Positions 58,198 to 64,000 of a stretch of 64,000 bases of DNA are shown here, piece by piece. The notes below the pieces were generated by a model that ran no database searches, was not told where the DNA came from, and was given only the letters and a program-made list of their open reading frames with translations. The stretch's first letter is position 1. Every line of letters begins with the position of its first letter. Position numbers and translations under genes: made by a program. Origin of the DNA: Fidelibacterota bacterium (GTDB lineage: Bacteria > Fidelibacterota > Marinisomatia > Marinisomatales > TCS55); contig JBHHTW010000005.1 of NCBI GenBank assembly GCA_046861385.1, positions 47,755 to 111,754 of the forward strand. Direction: 5' to 3'.

Positions 58198-58273
58198 ATC
58201 TAACGAAAGTCAGCGGCTGGAGCCGACGCGCGAAAGGGCGGTGGTTACAGTCCGTTAGATTGTTTTGTTAGCA
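58198..58273 (-). mobile_element. integron attC site
   Basis: Minus strand TGCTAAC-AAAAC-AATCTAACGGAC...GCCGCTGA-CTTTC-GTTAGAT, 76 bp, GC-rich core, 4 nt after the cassette stop. Confidence 0.78.
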
Positions 58274-58277
58274 TTGA

Positions 58278-58790
58278 TTATTGTTCTTTTAATTTTTGTA
58301 TTTTGTCTTTAATCCTTGCAGGTTTTGATATACCTTTGAATGAGACTTCAATGCCAGCAGTACCCGCTGAACCAACATTAACAGAGCCTATGTCGAATAT
58401 TCTTTCCAATATGCCTTGATTAAGGTTAACGCTTCTTATATCTCGTGCAAAAACCTCATGGATAGAACGGGAAATAATTCCTGTTTTTGATTTTATTCTT
58501 TTGTTTGTTAAAGTGAATATTTTACATTTTCTATCAATAATGGCAAACAGAATAATTAATGAACCTAAACCATAAAGAAGGATCAATATTCCACCAATGA
58601 TGTAGATAAAAAGATAATTTATATGAGAAGGATTGCCTTCCCACAATATTTTTTCTGGTTCATATATTTTATCGACATGTTGAATATTACTGTCGGATTT
58701 ATTCAAAAATTCTCCGCAATGTTTACATTTTATGGCGATAGATAAAATTTCTTCACCGCAGAAAGGGCATTTTTTATTTTCTTCGTTCAT
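58278..58790 (-). CDS. integron cassette ORF: zinc ribbon + TM + bacterial PH domain
   Basis: [10 protein letters not shown]...[24 protein letters not shown]...TGI.SR, I..V...QG..ERIF.IG.V. Confidence 0.82.
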   Translation of the reverse strand: MNEENKKCPFCGEEILSIAIKCKHCGEFLNKSDSNIQHVDKIYEPEKILWEGNPSHINYLFIYIIGGILILLYGLGSLIILFAIIDRKCKIFTLTNKRIKSKTGIISRSIHEVFARDIRSVNLNQGILERIFDIGSVNVGSAGTAGIEVSFKGISKPARIKDKIQKLKEQ

Positions 58791-58810
58791 GCGTCTTCCT
58801 TTTTATTTTA

Positions 58811-58836
58811 CTCTAACAGTTAATATGTGACGAAAT
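58811..58836 (-). mobile_element. attI-like core site
   Basis: Minus strand ATTTCGTCACATATTAACT-GTTAGAG, 20 nt before the cassette ATG, between the cassette and the divergent intI remnant. Confidence 0.55.
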
Positions 58837-59131
58837 CGTCAAATAGTGCTCCTATATGCGTGATATTTTGTACCTTTTCATTTTTTAAGATTTTTTGCAT
58901 AGCAAACTCCCATTTTCAATTCTGCCGGTTTGCTGCACCAGCCAATGGCAATAAATCTTCCGGCTCACACCCCGGCCGGCTTTAGGGCTTGCTACATCTG
59001 CGACCTGGCGGTCTTGAAAGGGACTGAAGTTTAAAAAGCTACTGGGGTTTTTACAATGAAAATTAATGGTCGATAAACAGCTCACCGGCCGGCTGGCGTG
59101 TGGACCCAAGTTATGACCAAAGTGATTATTA

Positions 59132-59270
59132 ATCCATTTTAATTAAAGCAAACATCAATATTACTTGGGTCCAGGAACTGCTGGGGCATAAAGACATCCG
59201 CACGAAGATAATTCACACCCATGTCATGCAAAAAGGACCATTGGCAGTAAAGAGCCCATTGGATGATTAA
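59132..59270 (+). pseudogene. integron integrase (IntI) C-terminal remnant
   Basis: NINITWVQELLGHKDIRTKIIHTHVMQKGPLAVKSPLDD* resembles the IntI terminus (DIRTVQELLGH.DV.TTMIYTHV...V.SPLD); catalytic Tyr reads His. Confidence 0.85.
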
Positions 59271-59395
59271 ATGTGCCTCCCACATCCATGCTGGAGGACG
59301 AGTAATTAGAATATCACTCTCCGTGAATAAAATGATCACGGCACACTTATCTCATTGAACATTAAATAACCCATGTTCTAATTTCAATCCTGAAT

Positions 59396-60373
59396 ATGAA
59401 TAAAATTCTTACCATAGTTGGTCCCACCGCTGTTGGGAAAACCGCAGTAGCTATTGCCGTAGCCAAAAAAACCAATGGTGAAATAATTAGTCTGGATTCT
59501 CGCCAGATTTATGAGAATATGGCGATCGGGACAGCCCAACCGTCAGCAAAAGAGATGGAGGCCATTCCGCATCATTTGATGGCCATTCGCACGCCTAATA
59601 AATCAATCTCCGCTGGGAAATACGCTCAAATGGTAGAAGAAAAAATGGAAGACATAAGAAAACGGAAAAGAAACCCAATTCTTTGCGGCGGCGCCGGTCT
59701 TTATCTGGAAGCGCTTACAAAAGGTATTTTTAAGGAAAGTAAGACTAACCTGAAAATCCGAGAACGATTAAGTCGAGAATATGACAAGAACCCAGCCGAA
59801 CTCCTGAATAAACTGCAGGAACTTGATCCTGACTACGCTGAAAAAGTCCACATTAATAATAAAAAGCGACTAATTCGAGCGTTGGAAATAGTTGAAATAA
59901 CGGGAAAACCACCAACTCAGCATTTTGCCGATCAATCCCGCCACGGCGGGCAGGCAATCCTGCCTCTGGCAGGCAGGCAACATCACCAACCTTTTTGCAT
60001 TATTTTACTTTCCATGGACAAAAAACAATTGGAAGAGCGCATCCGTATTCGAACCAAGAAAATGTTAGGGCACGGTTGGATCGAAGAAACAAAAGCGTTA
60101 CGTAAAAAATATTCGGTTGAAGAAGCCCACGCCTTGGATTCCATTGGTTACCGCCAAATTTTCCAGTACCTGAAAGGTGAATACACATTAGAGGAATTGG
60201 AGGAGGAAATTGTTGTACGGACACGGCAATATGCCAAGCGCCAGCTAACTTGGTTCAGAAATCGTGGGAATCCTATAGAAATCGATGGTAATGAATTTAA
60301 CAATATTGATTCTCTGTCAGACGAAATCATTCATATCTGGAAGAGATCATCAAAGATCTCCATCATCCATTAA
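59396..60373 (+). CDS. miaA: tRNA dimethylallyltransferase
   Basis: GPTAVGKT, SLDSRQIY..M.IGTA, GGAGLY, RLIRALE, SIGY, TRQYAKRQLTWFR. Confidence 0.96.
   Translation: MNKILTIVGPTAVGKTAVAIAVAKKTNGEIISLDSRQIYENMAIGTAQPSAKEMEAIPHHLMAIRTPNKSISAGKYAQMVEEKMEDIRKRKRNPILCGGAGLYLEALTKGIFKESKTNLKIRERLSREYDKNPAELLNKLQELDPDYAEKVHINNKKRLIRALEIVEITGKPPTQHFADQSRHGGQAILPLAGRQHHQPFCIILLSMDKKQLEERIRIRTKKMLGHGWIEETKALRKKYSVEEAHALDSIGYRQIFQYLKGEYTLEELEEEIVVRTRQYAKRQLTWFRNRGNPIEIDGNEFNNIDSLSDEIIHIWKRSSKISIIH
59933..59977 (+). repeat. tandem palindromic inserts within miaA (22+23 nt)
   Basis: CAATCCCGCCACGGCGGGCAGG + CAATCCTGCCTCTGGCAGGCAGG, followed by CAA. Confidence 0.8.
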
Positions 60374-60403
60374 TTTTTATAAAAATTATTGTTTTTGTAG
60401 ACG

Positions 60404-60649
60404 TATGACAGACATTCTTGTCTGTCATAGTGCAAACAGGAATGTTTGCACACCTATTATTTTCGAATTTAATTAAATGATATTACAAATAGAAATAGCA
60501 TTAGAATATACTGATCAACTTTTCCGTACGACAGTCATTCCCCGCCTGCCTGTCTGCCGGAATGAAATACAGGCATGGCCCCATTTGAAAAATATTGACG
60601 GGGGCGAGCAGGCTGACTGTCGTAGGACAGACAAGAATGTCTGTCCTAC
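60404..60649. repeat. cluster of REP-like hairpins
   Basis: TATGACAGACA-TTCT-TGTCTGTCATA (60404-60429), GTGCAAACA-GGAA-TGTTTGCAC (60430-60451), GTAGGACAGACA-AGAA-TGTCTGTCCTAC (60622-60649), 11-bp IR 60527-60537/60614-60624. Confidence 0.8.
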
Positions 60650-60803
60650 ATTAAACAAAATATAGTTTTATTATAGAATACAAGGGCCAATACCGAAAGA
60701 GATAAACAGAAAAACATGCCAATGCTACATTAACAAAAAACTGATCTGGTTGAATCATATTTCTTTTTTCTAACATGGTTTGAACTTTAACTTCACTTTC
60801 GAA

Positions 60804-60913
60804 TTGACCCTTTAAAATGCTCCAGAGAGAGTGATAAGGGCAGCGAATGAACCTCCGTTCAGCGAGTCCGTAAATGAAACGCGGAAAATGCAGCTGCCCG
60901 GGGGTTTTTTATT
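60804..60913 (+). promoter_or_regulatory. PyrR-binding attenuator leader
   Basis: GACCCTTTAA...GCTCCAGAGAGAGT...AAGGG resembles the PyrR binding loop; downstream AACCTCCG/CGGGGGTT stem plus T-tract; upstream of pyrR. Confidence 0.78.
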
Positions 60914-60926
60914 GACAGGAGAAAAT

Positions 60927-61478
60927 GTGGAAACGAAACAAACATTAATTGAGGATAGTAGCTCAATAAACAGTTCCATCAAGCGAATATCTCATGAGAT
61001 TATTGAAAAAAATACCAGCGCTGAAAATGTGGTTCTTGTGGGTATCCGAACTCGGGGTGAACCGTTAGCTGAACGATTCAAAGTTTTAATCCAGGAAAAT
61101 ACCGGCCAGGAGGTCTTACTGGGTGCTTTGGATATTACATTCCATCGCGATGATTACCGGGAGCGTCTGGTTGTTCCCCAAGTTGAAGGAACTCATATTG
61201 ATTTTTCGCTCGATGATAAAATAGTCATTTTAGTGGATGATGTGTTATACACAGGTCGCACCATCCGTTCTGCCATGGAAGCGCTTTTGGCATTTGGGCG
61301 ACCGAAGAAAATCCAACTGGCCGTACTGGTGGATCGGGGTCATCGCGAAATGCCAATCAAAGCGGATTACGTTGGTAAAAATATTCCCACCAATGATGGC
61401 GAACACGTGAAGGTTCTTTTAAATGAAATTGACGGAAAAGATGCAGTGGTTCTTATGTCATATAAGGGGGAATCATGA
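60927..61478 (+). CDS. pyrR: bifunctional pyrimidine regulator / uracil phosphoribosyltransferase
   Basis: GTG 60927 after AGGAG; RISHEIIEKN, GIRTRG, LDITFHRDD, LVDDVLYTGRTIR, DRGHREMPI. Confidence 0.95.
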   Translation: METKQTLIEDSSSINSSIKRISHEIIEKNTSAENVVLVGIRTRGEPLAERFKVLIQENTGQEVLLGALDITFHRDDYRERLVVPQVEGTHIDFSLDDKIVILVDDVLYTGRTIRSAMEALLAFGRPKKIQLAVLVDRGHREMPIKADYVGKNIPTNDGEHVKVLLNEIDGKDAVVLMSYKGES

Positions 61479-62401
61479 GTTTAAAAAACCGTCATTTATT
61501 GGGATTAGAAGGGTATCCTAGAGAGGATATTCAAACCATCATCGATACAGCATTTACTTTTAGAGAAGTCTTGGATCGCCCCATTAAAAAGGTTCCTTCT
61601 CTCCAAGGAAAAACCATTGTAAATCTCTTTTTTGAAAATTCTACCCGGACGCGGATTAGTTTTGAATTAGCCCAAAAACGCCTGAGCGCTGACATGATCA
61701 ATTTTTCAGGGTCCACCTCCAGTTTGAAAAAAGGTGAAAGCTTCAAAGATACAGTCCAGAACATTGAAGCCATGAAAATAGACGCATGTGTTATGCGCCA
61801 TCCGACGCCTGGCGCGCCCCTTAAACTTACAGAATATGTTGAGGCTGTTGTAATTAATGCCGGTGACGGAACCCATGAACATCCGACTCAAGGCATTTTG
61901 GACATGACCAGTCTTCATGAAAAATTTGGTCGTTTAGATGGATTAAAAATTGGTATCATCGGTGATATTTCTCACAGTCGAGTTGCATTGAGTAACATTC
62001 ATGGGTTGCTGACCATGGGAGCTGAAGTTACATTGTGCGGTCCGGCTACATTGATTCCTCCACATATTGAAGAATTGGGTGTGTCTGTCAGTTATAATTT
62101 GGATGAAGTGATTGAATGGGCAGATGCATTGAATATACTGCGTATCCAAATGGAAAGAATGGGTGTCAATTTGTTTCCTTCTATTCGGGAATATCGCTCC
62201 CAATTTGGTATCACAAAAGAACGGTTGACCAATCATAAAAAAGAAATTGTCATTATGCATCCCGGTCCAATGAATAGAGGTGTGGAAATCGAAAGTGCCG
62301 TGGCAGATAGTGACCAAGCTATTATTTTGGATCAGGTCCTCAATGGCGTTGCTTCGCGAATGGCCATCCTATATTTACTTCTCGGAGGAAAAACAGAATA
62401 A
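61475..62401 (+). CDS. pyrB: aspartate carbamoyltransferase catalytic subunit
   Basis: FFENSTRTR, NAGDG.HEHPTQ, HSRVA, MHPGPMNRG. Confidence 0.97.
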   Translation: MSLKNRHLLGLEGYPREDIQTIIDTAFTFREVLDRPIKKVPSLQGKTIVNLFFENSTRTRISFELAQKRLSADMINFSGSTSSLKKGESFKDTVQNIEAMKIDACVMRHPTPGAPLKLTEYVEAVVINAGDGTHEHPTQGILDMTSLHEKFGRLDGLKIGIIGDISHSRVALSNIHGLLTMGAEVTLCGPATLIPPHIEELGVSVSYNLDEVIEWADALNILRIQMERMGVNLFPSIREYRSQFGITKERLTNHKKEIVIMHPGPMNRGVEIESAVADSDQAIILDQVLNGVASRMAILYLLLGGKTE

Positions 62402-63687
62402 TGAAAACCAAAAAATTATCAAAAAAGACCTTATTAAAAAACGGAACCATCCTTGATCCGGTAACTGAAAAAACATTTATTGGGAATGTTTTAATTGAAA
62501 ATGGAAATATTGTCCAAATTGGAGACATCGAATCTACCGATGCTGAAATTATTGATTGTTCAGGATTAGTTGTGACCCACGGTTTCTGTGATTTACACGT
62601 TCATTTCCGGGAACCGGGGCGGGAAGATAAGGAGACCTTATCTTCCGGTTCTCAAGCCGCATTAGCCGGCGGTTTCACGAGAGTTTGTATCATGCCTAAC
62701 ACGGATCCACCTATTGATTCGCCAGAATCTGTAAAATTTATTACTGAAAAATCACAAGAATGTCCAATTTATATCCATCCAATCGGCGCAGCCACAAAAG
62801 GTCAGAAGGGCAATGAGCTAACCGAGATGGCTGGAATGGTTGAAGAAGGCGCCGTGGCTTTCAGTGACGATGGCCTTCCCATTACAGACGGTGGCGTCAT
62901 GCGGAGAATCTTGGAGTATAGTGGAATGCTGGGAAAACCGGTTATTAACCACGCTGAAGATGAGTGTTTACGGAATAATGGCTTAATAAATGAAGGGTTA
63001 ATGTCTACAAGGCTGGGATTGCCTGGAAATCCGACTCAAGCAGAGTCTACCATGGTTTTTCGGGATTTGGAATTAGCAAAATTAACGGGTGCGAAATTAC
63101 ATGTTCCTCATGTGAGCACGGAATCCGCAACGCACCATTTATCTGAAATTAAATCCTGTTATAATAAGGTTACAGCAGAGGTCACTCCCCATCATCTATT
63201 TTTTACTGATGATCATTTAGCAGGCTATGATACGAATCTGAAAGTAGCACCGCCTTTGCGGAGTGAATCAGATCGAAATGCATTAATCAGGGGATTAAAA
63301 AGTGGAATCATTGATTGTATTGCCACAGATCACGCTCCCCATACTATCGAAGAAAAGGAAACAACATTTGACCTGGCAGCTTTTGGTATGATTGGGTTGG
63401 AAAGTTGTTTAGGTGCCGTATTAAAAGTTCTCGTTGAAGATGCAAATATGGATCTAATATCAATTATAAAGGCATTGACCGTAAATCCCAGAAGAGTCAT
63501 GAAGTTCGAATCAAATTTATTTATGAAAAAAACGCCGGCGGAATTAACCATTTTTGATCCTAAGGAGCCGTGGATTTTTTCCAGGAATAATATATATTCA
63601 AAATCAATTAACTCTCCATATATTGGTAAATCAATGATGGGGAAAGTAAAATCAACGATTGTTAAGGGTCACATACATCTCCTTTAA
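62401..63687 (+). CDS. pyrC: dihydroorotase
   Basis: DLHVHFREPG, MPNT.P, HAED, EVTPHH, PPLR, ATDHAPH. Confidence 0.95.
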   Translation: MKTKKLSKKTLLKNGTILDPVTEKTFIGNVLIENGNIVQIGDIESTDAEIIDCSGLVVTHGFCDLHVHFREPGREDKETLSSGSQAALAGGFTRVCIMPNTDPPIDSPESVKFITEKSQECPIYIHPIGAATKGQKGNELTEMAGMVEEGAVAFSDDGLPITDGGVMRRILEYSGMLGKPVINHAEDECLRNNGLINEGLMSTRLGLPGNPTQAESTMVFRDLELAKLTGAKLHVPHVSTESATHHLSEIKSCYNKVTAEVTPHHLFFTDDHLAGYDTNLKVAPPLRSESDRNALIRGLKSGIIDCIATDHAPHTIEEKETTFDLAAFGMIGLESCLGAVLKVLVEDANMDLISIIKALTVNPRRVMKFESNLFMKKTPAELTIFDPKEPWIFSRNNIYSKSINSPYIGKSMMGKVKSTIVKGHIHLL

Positions 63688-63810
63688 TTAAGTGTTGTAT
63701 CCTTGGCATTTTCAGTTTTGTAATATTAATGATAAGAGGCATATTTTACTCGAAAGTCATAATCAGATTAGAAAAATAAATAAATAAAAAATAAATGTAG
63801 TATATATATA

Positions 63811-63886
63811 TTGACATACGATAGATAAAGGAATTAATTTTGTGGGCTTTGCACGGTATGTGTAGAGCAAATTTGTTTTTTGAAAA
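63811..63886 (+). promoter_or_regulatory. rRNA operon promoter and antitermination leader
   Basis: AT-rich UP region, TTGACA (63811) N18 TAATTT, hairpin GCTTTGCAC/GTGTAGAGC, boxA-like TGTTTTTTGAAAA. Confidence 0.7.
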
Positions 63887-63946
63887 TTTGGTATACGTGA
63901 CTCGTCAGTGAATTTGAGACACAAATCGATAAGCTAAATCAAACTA

Positions 63947-64000
63947 ACAATGGAGAGTTTGATCCTGGCTCAGGACGAACGCTGGCGGCGTGCTTAACAC
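63947..64000 (+). rRNA. rrs: 16S rRNA 5' end (partial)
   Basis: AGAGTTTGATCCTGGCTCAGGACGAACGCTGGCGGCGTGCTTAACAC starting at 63954. Confidence 0.98.

Noticed and set aside
58885-59339. Minus-strand ORFs 58885..59109 and 59139..59339
   Set aside because: They are antisense shadows of the decayed intI region.
60285-60665. Short ORFs 60285..60476 and 60477..60665
   Set aside because: They run through REP-like hairpins; no coding signal.
60831-60926. N-terminal extension of PyrR in the ORF track
   Set aside because: It overlaps the attenuator; GTG 60927 has a good SD and matches the usual PyrR start.

Overview
AT-rich bacterial chromosomal window. Gene content (PorU/PorZ-like proteins, sigma factor lacking region 1.1, mitochondrial-type aconitase) suggests the FCB superphylum, possibly Marinimicrobia-like; this is inference. 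Layout: dcw cluster (mraZ-rsmH-ftsL-ftsI-murE-murF-mraY, minus strand), rodZ-like/maf/porU, an acn-serA...miaB...SPOR run, then tRNA-Sec. After tRNA-Sec lies an accessory region: higBA, a thermonuclease, and a 10.3-kb respiratory cluster. That cluster holds a Qrc/ACIII-like quinone module, an outer-membrane barrel, a 14-heme cytochrome and further cytochromes (28 CxxCH motifs plus one CX3CH), and a 54-bp scar of a deleted Rieske gene. It is followed by a two-gene pyruvate:ferredoxin oxidoreductase, a GNAT and malic enzyme. Later come peptidases, OPT/add, a TPP riboswitch with a TonB receptor, and a decayed integron (intI remnant, attI-like core, one cassette, attC). miaA carries a frame-preserving double palindrome insertion. 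The window ends with REP-like hairpins, pyrR-pyrB-pyrC with a PyrR attenuator, and the start of a 16S rRNA gene. All calls are from motif reading by eye; no database searches were run.
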